Assembly (NCBI GenBank): GCA_003222295.1
Contig: QHVP01000038.1
Location: 4,916 to 39,342 of the forward strand
Reading direction: 5' to 3'
DNA length: 34,427 bases
Source of the DNA: Acidobacteriota bacterium
Lineage (GTDB): Bacteria > Acidobacteriota > Vicinamibacteria > Fen-336
Part shown: positions 1 through 7,357 of the stretch, one piece after another
Layout: each line of letters opens with the position of its first letter
Numbering within the stretch: the stretch's first letter is position 1
Notes under the pieces: generated by a model
Database searches by the model: none
The model's input: the letters and a program-made list of their open reading frames with translations, nothing else
Told to the model about the DNA's origin: nothing
Program-made: the position numbers and the translations under genes

Positions 1-1
1 C

Positions 2-2125
2 CCCAGCCTGCTCGTGAGCGCGGACGACGTCTGGCAGGGCCGCGCGCGACGCGCGCTCCGCCGCGAAGGGTTCGACGCCAGGGAGCACCTGCTGGCCTCG
101 CTCGGCCAGGCCTCGCGGATCGACGCGCGCATCGAGGACAGCCTCCGCCAGCATGCGCCCGGGGACTACGCCACCGATGCGACCGGCGCCTTCGAGTTCC
201 TGAGCCGCAGCTCGATCGGCCTCGAGCAGGCGGGCTTCGGGATCCTCCTGCCCCAGTGGTGGACGCGGAAGGGCACGCGGGGCCGGCTGACCGTCAAGGC
301 CGTGGTCGCGACTCCGAAGCTGAAGAGCGAAGGCGGGCTCGGCCTCGACCAGCTCGTGAAGTTCGACTGGAAGGTGGCGCTGGGGGGCAGCGTGCTCACG
401 CGGGCCGAGCTCGAGGACCTCGCGCGCCTCAAGACGCCCCTGGTGCGCGTGCGCGGCCAGTGGGTGCACGTGAGCGCGCAGGAGATCGAGGCCGCGCTGC
501 GCTTCTGGAAGGAGAAGGGCGGCAAGGCGGCGGTGCGCGACCTCCTGCGCCTCGACCTCGGCGTGCCCGGCACCACGCCGGCGCTTCCCTTCGACGGCGT
601 GGAGGCGACGGGCTGGGTGGGCGACCTCCTGCGCAAGGTCGAAGGGCACGCCGCCTTCGAGGAGGTCGCGCCGCCGCCCGGGCTGCACGGCACGCTGCGG
701 CCCTACCAGGTCCGCGGCTACTCGTGGCTCGCGTTCCTGGGACAGTGCGGCTTTGGCGCCTGTCTCGCCGACGACATGGGCCTGGGCAAGACGGTGCAGG
801 CGCTGGCCCTCATCGAGAGGAACTGGACGGCGGGAGCGCGGCGGCCGACCTTGCTCATCTGCCCGACGTCGGTGATCGGGAACTGGGAGAAGGAAGCCGA
901 GCGCTTTACGCCCGGCCTGCCCCTCCTCGTCCATCACGGCGCCGGGCGCGCGAAGGCCGCGCTGCAGGAGCAGGCGAGCCGCCACGCCATCGTCATCTCG
1001 AGCTACGCGCTGCTCCACCGCGACCTGGAGGCCCTCAAGGAGGTCGATTGGGCGGCGGTGGTGCTCGACGAAGCGCAGAACATCAAGAACCCCGAGACCA
1101 AGCAGGCCCGCGCCGCCCGCGCGATCCCCGCGGCGTCGCGCATCGCCCTGACCGGCACGCCCGTCGAGAACAACGTGGGCGACCTGTGGTCGCTGATGGA
1201 GTTCCTGAACCCCTCGCTGCTCGGCAGCCAGGCCGAGTTCAAGCGCACGTTCTTCGTCCCCATCCAGGCCGCGCGCGACGCGGACGCGACGGCGCGGCTC
1301 CGGCGCCTCACCGGCCCCTTCATCCTGCGGCGCCTCAAGACCGACCGCAGCATCATCGCGGACCTGCCCGCCAAGATGGAGATGAAGGTCTTCTGCACGC
1401 TCACGCGCGAGCAGGCGTCGCTCTACCAGGCGGTGATGTCGGAGGCGATGGAGGCCCTGAAGGGCGCCGCCGCGGAGGGCATCCAGCGCAAGGGCGTCAT
1501 CCTGGCCACGCTCTCCAAGCTCAAGCAGGTCTGCAACCATCCCGCGCAGTTCCTCCGCGACAACTCTCCCCTGCCCGGGCGCTCGGGCAAGCTCGCGCGG
1601 CTGACCGAGATGATGGAGGAAGTGATCGAGACCGGCGACCGCGCGCTCGTCTTCACCCAGTTCGCGGAGATGGGCGCGCTGCTCAAGCGCCAGCTGGAAG
1701 AGACGTTCGGCCACGAAGTCCTCTTCCTGCACGGCGGCGTGCCCAAGGCACAGCGCGACCGCATGGTGGACCGTTTCCAGAAGGACGAGGGCGGACCGCC
1801 TGTCTTCATCCTTTCCCTGAAGGCGGGCGGCACCGGCCTCAACCTCACACGCGCGAGCCACGTGTTCCACTTCGACCGCTGGTGGAACCCGGCCGTGGAG
1901 AACCAGGCGACCGATCGGGCGTTCCGGATCGGCCAGCGGCGCAACGTCCAGGTCCACAAGCTTGTCTGCGTGGGCACGCTGGAGGAGAAGATCGACGAGA
2001 TGATCGAGAAGAAGAAGGGCATCGCCGAGCACGTCGTGGGCACCAGCGAGGCCTGGCTGACCGCGCTGTCGACGTCCCAGCTCCGTGAGCTGATGACCCT
2101 CCGCGCGCGCGCGGTGGCGGAGTAG
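2..2125 (+). CDS. SNF2/RAD54-family helicase with SNF2-helicase-associated N-terminal region (5'-partial, frame open to window start)
   Basis: Helicase motifs are read directly in the translation: LADDMGLGKT (I), VLDEAQNIKN (II, DEAQ), LTGTPVEN (III), LKAGGTGLNLT (V), QATDRAFRIGQ (VI). There is no in-frame stop between nt 2 and the GTG at 14, so the N-terminus lies outside the window. Confidence 0.9.
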   Translation, partial: PSLLVSADDVWQGRARRALRREGFDAREHLLASLGQASRIDARIEDSLRQHAPGDYATDATGAFEFLSRSSIGLEQAGFGILLPQWWTRKGTRGRLTVKAVVATPKLKSEGGLGLDQLVKFDWKVALGGSVLTRAELEDLARLKTPLVRVRGQWVHVSAQEIEAALRFWKEKGGKAAVRDLLRLDLGVPGTTPALPFDGVEATGWVGDLLRKVEGHAAFEEVAPPPGLHGTLRPYQVRGYSWLAFLGQCGFGACLADDMGLGKTVQALALIERNWTAGARRPTLLICPTSVIGNWEKEAERFTPGLPLLVHHGAGRAKAALQEQASRHAIVISSYALLHRDLEALKEVDWAAVVLDEAQNIKNPETKQARAARAIPAASRIALTGTPVENNVGDLWSLMEFLNPSLLGSQAEFKRTFFVPIQAARDADATARLRRLTGPFILRRLKTDRSIIADLPAKMEMKVFCTLTREQASLYQAVMSEAMEALKGAAAEGIQRKGVILATLSKLKQVCNHPAQFLRDNSPLPGRSGKLARLTEMMEEVIETGDRALVFTQFAEMGALLKRQLEETFGHEVLFLHGGVPKAQRDRMVDRFQKDEGGPPVFILSLKAGGTGLNLTRASHVFHFDRWWNPAVENQATDRAFRIGQRRNVQVHKLVCVGTLEEKIDEMIEKKKGIAEHVVGTSEAWLTALSTSQLRELMTLRARAVAE

Positions 2126-2127
2126 AG

Positions 2128-2997
2128 ATGCCCAGGGACCGCGACCGTCCGTGGTGGCGTGATCCGGAGGCGAGCGGTCCGCGCGAGGCGCGGGGCGGGA
2201 TCAAGGCCCATTCGCGGCGAGGGTCCTTCGGTCAGAGCTGGTGGGCGCGGCGGTGGCTGGACGTGCTGGAGCGGCTGGAGCTGGGCGGGCGCCTGACCCG
2301 CGGCCGATCGTATGCGCGCCGCGGGCAGGTCCTCGACATCGCGATCGAGGAGGGACGCGTGGCGGCCTCGGTACAGGGTTCGCGCAAGGAGCCCTACGCC
2401 GTCACGGTGCAGATCGCCCCGCTCTCCGCGCTCGCGTGGCGCGGCGTGGCCGAGTCGCTGGGCGAGGAAGCGCGTTTCGTGGCGAAGCTGCTCGCCTCCG
2501 AGATGCCGGAGGACGTGGAGGCGGCGTTCCAGCGCGCGGGGGTCTCGCTCTTCCCGGTCCGCCGCGCCGAGCTCGTCACCGAGTGCTCCTGCCCGGACTG
2601 GGCGAACCCGTGCAAGCACATCGCCGCCGTCTACTATCTTCTCGGCGAGGAGTTCGACCGCGACCCGTTCCTGATCTTCCAGCTGCGCGGACGGTCGCGT
2701 GAGGCGCTGGTCACGCTTCTGCGCTCGTCCCGCTCGGAGCGTGCACGGCCTCGTCTCCCCGCCGCCCCCGCGACTGCCGTCGCGCCTCTGCCCGCGGATC
2801 CGGCCGCTTTCTGGTCGGGGGCCGAGATCCCGCCGGCGCCGGAGGTCCGCGTTCCGGACACGACGGCGGCCCTCTTGCGCCGTCTCGGTCCGTTCTCCTT
2901 CTGGCGCGGAAAGACGCCAATGACCGCGGAATTGGACCCGCTCTACGATCGTGCCACGGCGCGCGCGCTCGACGTCTTCGTCGGCGCGCGCCGGTGA
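2128..2997 (+). CDS. SWIM zinc-finger family protein (COG4279-like partner of bacterial SNF2 helicases)
   Basis: SWIM CxCxnCxH signature CSCPDWANPCKH. The N-terminal pattern FGQSWWARRW...RLTRGRSYARRG...VQGSRKEPY is typical of this family. The ATG lies 2 nt after the SNF2 stop (TAG 2123-2125). Confidence 0.85.
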   Translation: MPRDRDRPWWRDPEASGPREARGGIKAHSRRGSFGQSWWARRWLDVLERLELGGRLTRGRSYARRGQVLDIAIEEGRVAASVQGSRKEPYAVTVQIAPLSALAWRGVAESLGEEARFVAKLLASEMPEDVEAAFQRAGVSLFPVRRAELVTECSCPDWANPCKHIAAVYYLLGEEFDRDPFLIFQLRGRSREALVTLLRSSRSERARPRLPAAPATAVAPLPADPAAFWSGAEIPPAPEVRVPDTTAALLRRLGPFSFWRGKTPMTAELDPLYDRATARALDVFVGARR

Positions 2998-3017
2998 CGG
3001 CCGGCGGCACGCGTCAC
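2994..3017. terminator. GC-rich hairpin between convergent stop codons (possible bidirectional terminator)
   Basis: GTGACG (2994-2999) pairs with CGTCAC (3012-3017) around a 12-nt loop. It sits between the SWIM stop (2995-2997) and the sulfatase stop (3019-3021). There is no U-tract. Confidence 0.25.
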
Positions 3018-3018
3018 T

Positions 3019-4584
3019 TCACTTCCCCCGCAGCTTCGCCACCGTACCGTCCACGCCGCTGGGCGGCTGCTCGTTCGCGAACTGGTCCTCGTCGTGGACG
3101 GCGGCCTTCAAGCGGGCCAGCTCGGCCTTGAGCGTTCGCGTCAGCTCCTCGTGGCCGGGTTGGCCGTACAGGTTGTGCAGCTCGGAAGGGTCGTGCACGA
3201 GGTCGAACAGCTCCCACTGGTCCTTCTTCCAGAAGTAGATCAGCTTGTGGGTGCGGGTGCGGACCCCGTAGTGCGCGCGCGTGTTGTGATCGCCGGGGTC
3301 GTGGTAGTAACGGTAGTACATCGACGTGCGCCAGTCGGCGGGCGCCCGGCCGCGCAGGATGGGCAGGAGGCTTCGGCCCTGCATGCCTGCGGGGACGGCG
3401 ACGCCCGCGGCCTCGAGGAAGGTCGGGGCGAAATCCACGTTGAGCGCGATCGCGTCGCTGCGCGTTCCGGGCGCGATGACCCCCGGCCAGCGGACGAGGA
3501 ACGGCATGCGCAGCGACTCCTCGTACATGAATCGCTTGTCGAAGAGGCCGTGGTCTCCCAGGAAGAAGCCCTGGTCGCTGGTATAGACCACGATCGTGTT
3601 CCGGGCGAGGCCGCTCGTGTCCAGCAGCGCGAGCAGGCGGCCCACATTGTCGTCGACGGACTGGATCGTGGCCAGGTAGTCCTGCATGTAGCGCTGGTAC
3701 TTCCACCGCGCGAGCGCCTCGCCGGTCAGGGCGACGGCCTGGCCGTCACGCGTGATCGTCACCGTGGCCGGCTCGTCCGCGAGCCATTGCGTGCGCTCCG
3801 CGTCGCTGAGCCCCGACGGCGGCTCCAGCTTCAAGTCGCGGCGCGTGAGGTCGTCGGCCACGCGCTGCTGGTTCTCGTGGAGGGCGTCGGTGCGCGTCGC
3901 GTAGGAATCCCAGAGCGTCTCCGGCTCCGGGATCCAGCGCCCCGCGAACTGCGCGCGATGCGGCGCGTCCGGCTCCCAGGGCCGGTGCGGCGCCTTGTGA
4001 TGGACCATCAAGAAGAAGGGCTTGTCCTTCGGTCGGCTCTTCAGGAAATCGATGGCGAGATCGGTGATCACGTCGGTCACGTACCGGCCCGTGTACTTCG
4101 TCTCGCCGTCCGCGGTGTAGAACACCGGGTCCGCATACGCCCCCTGTCCGGGGAGGATCTCCCAATGGTCGAAACCGGCCGGATCGCTCCCCAGATGCCA
4201 TTTGCCGATCATGCCCGTGTGGTAGCCGGCCTCCTGGAGCAGCTTCGCCACCGTCAGGCGCGAGCTGTCGAAGCGGTTGAAAACGGGCACACCGTTCAGG
4301 TGCGAGTACTGGCCGGTCAGGATCGCGGCGCGGCTCGGCGTGCAGATCGAGTTCGTGACGAAGACGTTGTCCAGCTGCATGCCGTCGCGCCCGAGGCGGT
4401 CGATGTTCGGTGTCTGGTTGACGCGCGACCCGTACGCGCTGATCGCGTGCGCGGCGTGGTCGTCGGACATGATGAAGATGACGTTCGGGCGATCGGCGGC
4501 GGGCGCCTGCGACCCGAAGGCGGAGAGGATGATCGCCAGGAGCGGCCGAATCATGCGGGCGATGCTAGCAGCAGTTGGACCCAT
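3019..4584 (-). CDS. Sulfatase (formylglycine-dependent, type I sulfatase family), secreted
   Basis: Formylglycine motif SICTPSRAAILTG. N-terminal metal-binding NVIFIMSDDH. Signal-peptide-like N-terminus MIRPLLAIILSAFGSQAPAA. The start could instead be the internal ATG at 4554. Confidence 0.9.
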   Translation of the reverse strand: MGPTAASIARMIRPLLAIILSAFGSQAPAADRPNVIFIMSDDHAAHAISAYGSRVNQTPNIDRLGRDGMQLDNVFVTNSICTPSRAAILTGQYSHLNGVPVFNRFDSSRLTVAKLLQEAGYHTGMIGKWHLGSDPAGFDHWEILPGQGAYADPVFYTADGETKYTGRYVTDVITDLAIDFLKSRPKDKPFFLMVHHKAPHRPWEPDAPHRAQFAGRWIPEPETLWDSYATRTDALHENQQRVADDLTRRDLKLEPPSGLSDAERTQWLADEPATVTITRDGQAVALTGEALARWKYQRYMQDYLATIQSVDDNVGRLLALLDTSGLARNTIVVYTSDQGFFLGDHGLFDKRFMYEESLRMPFLVRWPGVIAPGTRSDAIALNVDFAPTFLEAAGVAVPAGMQGRSLLPILRGRAPADWRTSMYYRYYHDPGDHNTRAHYGVRTRTHKLIYFWKKDQWELFDLVHDPSELHNLYGQPGHEELTRTLKAELARLKAAVHDEDQFANEQPPSGVDGTVAKLRGK

Positions 4585-4593
4585 CCTGACTCA

Positions 4594-4610
4594 TGATGAA
4601 CACATCATCA
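4594..4610. promoter_or_regulatory. AT-rich inverted repeat TGATGA-ACACA-TCATCA in the divergent region upstream of the sulfatase
   Basis: Perfect 6-bp arms (4594-4599 and 4605-4610), 10 nt from the sulfatase start codon and at the edge of the low-GC insert. Operator function is pure inference. Confidence 0.2.
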
Positions 4611-4667
4611 GGGAGTGAGGTTGCCTCTCTCGTTGAAGGCTCCGGACCAAAGGAGTACGCTGCATCC

Positions 4668-4856
4668 ATGCCGAAGCCGACAGTCATCTATGCTCCCTTC
4701 CCGACCTTGGAAGAGGTGGCTCGCATCTACGGCATCTCCCCGGCGCGTCGAAAGAGAATCGAACGAGACGTTCAGGAGTTCCTGACGCGTAATGGCGCCG
4801 CGAACAAGCGAACACAGCGACGCGCGGGAGCGGCGCGCCGATCGAAGACGAAATAG
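4668..4856 (+). CDS. Small basic hypothetical protein (62 aa; possible HTH-like DNA binder)
   Basis: The ORF MPKPTVIYAPFPTLEEVARIYGISPARRKRIERDVQEFL... has a Lys/Arg-rich tail. AAAGGAG lies 12 nt upstream of the ATG at 4668. The track ORF starts further upstream at 4593. I recognise no family. Confidence 0.3.
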   Translation: MPKPTVIYAPFPTLEEVARIYGISPARRKRIERDVQEFLTRNGAANKRTQRRAGAARRSKTK

Positions 4857-5481
4857 GCCGCGCTGGAACCGTCAGGTCTTTCTCAACGTTCCATTCGATG
4901 ACATCGATCGTTACGAGGATTGCTTCCTCGCGTACATCGCAGGGCTTGCCGGCCTCGCTCTCCTCCCGCGTTCGGTCCTTGAGATCCCCAGCGCCGGCCG
5001 CGACCGCCTGAGCCGCATCTTCCACCTGATGCGTAAATGTCGATACTCTGTTCACGATCTATCACGCATCCAACTCCGCGCCGGACGCTATCCGCGCTTC
5101 AACATGCCCCTGGAGCTGGGAATGGCGACGGCTCTCACCATCAGTCGACCCGCACATGATCGATACGTGTTCGCCACCGATTTCCGGCTCGTTCAGCAGG
5201 TCGCTTCCGACCTCGGCGGTATCGACGTCTACGAACATCGCGGCCGGCCGCAAGGTGTCCTCGCGGCATTGACGAATGCGTTCGTTCATCACCGGCACGC
5301 CGTTCGACTCAGAGAACTCACGATCATCCGGCGCGAGCTTCGGCGCTGGGCAGACATCAACTGTCGCGGGACGAGGCCTCGCCGCAGCGTTTACGAGCCT
5401 GCGGTCTTTAGAGACATGGTCCTGTTCGCGACCGGATTGGCGCGAGAGGTCAGCGGTGAACCGGGACCGCTCAGCCGATGA
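4792..5481 (+). CDS. Hypothetical protein with a TIR-like / nucleoside 2-deoxyribosyltransferase-like flavodoxin-fold pattern
   Basis: Strand/helix pattern VFLNVPFDD...YEDCFLAYIAGLAGL...RLSRIFHLMRKCRYSVHDLSR...RFNMPLELGMATAL...RYVFATD. An N..ELG.A motif after a D.S strand is characteristic of NDT/TIR-like Rossmannoid domains. The only canonical start in frame is the ATG at 4792, which overlaps the upstream ORF by 65 nt. Local G+C is lower than in the flanks. Confidence 0.5.
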   Translation: MAPRTSEHSDARERRADRRRNRPRWNRQVFLNVPFDDIDRYEDCFLAYIAGLAGLALLPRSVLEIPSAGRDRLSRIFHLMRKCRYSVHDLSRIQLRAGRYPRFNMPLELGMATALTISRPAHDRYVFATDFRLVQQVASDLGGIDVYEHRGRPQGVLAALTNAFVHHRHAVRLRELTIIRRELRRWADINCRGTRPRRSVYEPAVFRDMVLFATGLAREVSGEPGPLSR

Positions 5482-5486
5482 CCTGG

Positions 5487-6392
5487 TCACGACGCCTGCA
5501 TCGCTGCCAACTGCGCGCTCGCTCGGCGCAGCGAGCGCTTGGACCGGTCCAGGCCTGACCAGAGGTCGCCGACGGCGGTCATGCGGTGCGCCATCGTCCG
5601 CACCGTGAACGTCCTCGGCCCGACCTCGCCGCGCTCGATCTCCTCCCAGGTGCAGGGCGCGGACACGGGCGCGCCCGGCCGCGCGCGCACGGCGTAGGCG
5701 GCGGCGAAGGTGGCGCTGTATCCGTTGCGGCCGGTGTCGACGTAGATGCGCCCGCCCCGGTCCGCCTTGGCGAACTCCTGGGTGAGGTGCCGCGGGTCGC
5801 GCCGCACCAGGACCCGGCCCACCGCGTGCGCGAACGACCCCACCTCGCCGAAGTCCGCCTTCCCGTCGAGAGGGACCACGATGTGGAATCCCTTCGAGCC
5901 CGACGTCTTCACCCAGCTCGGCAGGTCGAGCTCGCGGAGGAGGTCACGCACGCCCAGCGCGGCCGCGCGCAACACCTCCGGAGTCTCGTCCGCGGAGGGA
6001 TCGAGATCGAAGACGCACACGTCGGGCTGGAAGAGGTCGGGCACCCGCGAGGGCCACACGTGCGGCGTGATGCAGTTCTGGTTGGCCAGCCAGAGGAGCG
6101 ACCGGGTGTCGGATACGAGCGGGTAGTGCACGGTCCCCTCCTTCTTGGGCGCTTCAACGCGCTCGAGCCAGGGAGGGAAGCCCTTGATGACGTCCTTCTG
6201 CATGAACCCCTTCGCGCCGATCCCCTGGGGATAGCGCTCCATCGTCACCGGGCGCGCGCTCATGTGCGGGACCATCACCGGGGCGATCGCTTCGTAGTAC
6301 GCCGCCAGCTCGCCCTTGGTGATCCCGTCGTCGGGGAACATCACCTTGCCGGGATGGGTGATCAGCGGCGTCGGTTCGCGATCCGCGCTCAT
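5487..6392 (-). CDS. ligD: LigD polymerase/primase domain protein (NHEJ), stand-alone
   Basis: MSADREPTPLITHPGKVMFPDDGITKGELAAYYEAIAPVMVPHMSARPVTMERYPQGIGAKGFMQKD... matches the LigD Pol-domain N-terminus. The ATG at 6392 lies 44 nt downstream of the ligase-frame stop. The 613-aa track ORF is an accidental in-frame fusion through Arg-rich out-of-frame sequence. Confidence 0.85.
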   Translation of the reverse strand: MSADREPTPLITHPGKVMFPDDGITKGELAAYYEAIAPVMVPHMSARPVTMERYPQGIGAKGFMQKDVIKGFPPWLERVEAPKKEGTVHYPLVSDTRSLLWLANQNCITPHVWPSRVPDLFQPDVCVFDLDPSADETPEVLRAAALGVRDLLRELDLPSWVKTSGSKGFHIVVPLDGKADFGEVGSFAHAVGRVLVRRDPRHLTQEFAKADRGGRIYVDTGRNGYSATFAAAYAVRARPGAPVSAPCTWEEIERGEVGPRTFTVRTMAHRMTAVGDLWSGLDRSKRSLRRASAQLAAMQAS

Positions 6393-6436
6393 CGCTCGAG
6401 TCAGGATACGCGACCCGTCGAAAGGAGACCGTCTGC

Positions 6437-7253
6437 TCAGGCGCCCTCGCGCACGACCTCGCGCGCGGCCTTGTCGAAGCGGACGCCGACGAGGCGCGGA
6501 TGGCGCAGCTTTCCGTGCCTGGTCCATTCGATGAACGCCACCTGCACCACGATCTCGGGCCGCGCCCAGTGGAAGCGGACACGCGGCAGCCCCGTGCCCT
6601 TGGTGAACGGCGGCGCCGGGATCTCGATCGCGTCGAGACGCGCGCGCAGTTCGCGCAGCATCCTGGTGTCGAAGCCGGTCCCGATCTTGCCCGCGAAGAC
6701 GAGGTCCTCGCCCTCGTAGTACCCGACGAGGAGCGCGCCCATCCTCGCACTTCATCTTCAGCCAGTGCGGCGAGCGGCGGTGCTCGTAGGGGGAGCCGCG
6801 TCGCTTGGCGATGATCCCCTCCCAGCCTTCGGCGAGCGCGCGCTCCCACGGCTTCGCGTCGTCCAGCTCGGCCACTCGTGCCAGCGGCGCACGGAGCGGC
6901 AAAGTCTTCAGCAGGGCGCGCCGCTCCTCCAGCGGCAGCGCGGTCACGCTGCGGCCCTCGAGCCAGAGGACGTCGAACACGTGGTACGCCGTCTTGCTCC
7001 CCGGGTCCCAAGCGGCCTCGCCGTCGAGGATCACGTCGTGAACGGGCAGGTCCGCGATCGCGCGCTGCACGGACGGATAGTCCTGTGGCCGCTGGTTGCG
7101 CGAGAGCAGGCGGACGTCAGTTCCGTTCTTGAACGCGAGCAGGCGGATGCCGTCGAGCTTGCGCTCGAAGAGCCATTCCGGGCCTGCGAACCGCTCCTGC
7201 GTGAGCTTCGCCGCCATCGGCTCGAGCCATTCGGGAAAGGGATCGCTCGTCAT
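6437..7253 (-). pseudogene. ligD: ATP-dependent DNA ligase (LigD ligase domain) disrupted by an internal deletion and frameshift near 6742-6750
   Basis: N-terminal frame: ERKLDGIR (motif I KxDG), ILDGEAA (III), EGIIAK (IV), WLKMK (V). The OB-fold continuation GALLVGYYEGEDLVFAGKIGTGF...RHPRLVGVRFDK is in a different frame (track ORF 6437-6742). It abuts WLKMKCE directly, so the roughly 20 aa normally found between them (QEFVIGGY...G.R..F) are missing. Confidence 0.7.
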
Positions 7254-7357
7254 CGGCCACTCGACGTCCCGATCGTGACTCACATTCAATTCCGTGAATC
7301 CACAAGCCGCCGAATTCTTTCGAACCAAACGCCGACCCCGCGGCGTCTCATACCTTA

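Noticed and set aside
256-2088. 610-aa +strand ORF overlapping the SNF2 gene, and similar long alternative-frame ORFs (3094-4596 +, 7355-8983 -, 12752-13990 -, 16821-18227 -, 19714-21507 -, 27948-29597 -, 31819-32892 -)
   Set aside because: All are out-of-frame or antisense to genes with strong motif support. All are dominated by Arg/Pro/Gly/Ala runs, the expected artefact of about 70% G+C sequence with few stop codons.
5487-7328. Single full-length 613-aa LigD (ligase + polymerase fusion) as suggested by the ORF track
   Set aside because: The central roughly 110 aa are Arg-rich nonsense, and the real OB-fold sequence sits in another frame (6437-6742) that ends in its own stop. The continuity is a coincidental in-frame read-through. 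I re-interpret it as a broken ligase gene plus a separate Pol-domain gene.
7254-7357. Inverted repeats (ATTCA-N6-TGAAT, and GAATTC...TTCGAA) in the lower-GC divergent region between the ligase and DUF5916 genes, considered as a LexA/SOS box
   Set aside because: The arms are only 5-6 bp and do not match any LexA consensus I know (CTGT-N8-ACAG, GAAC-N4-GTTC, GTTC-N7-GTTC). They could be promoter elements, but there is no support for a specific regulator.
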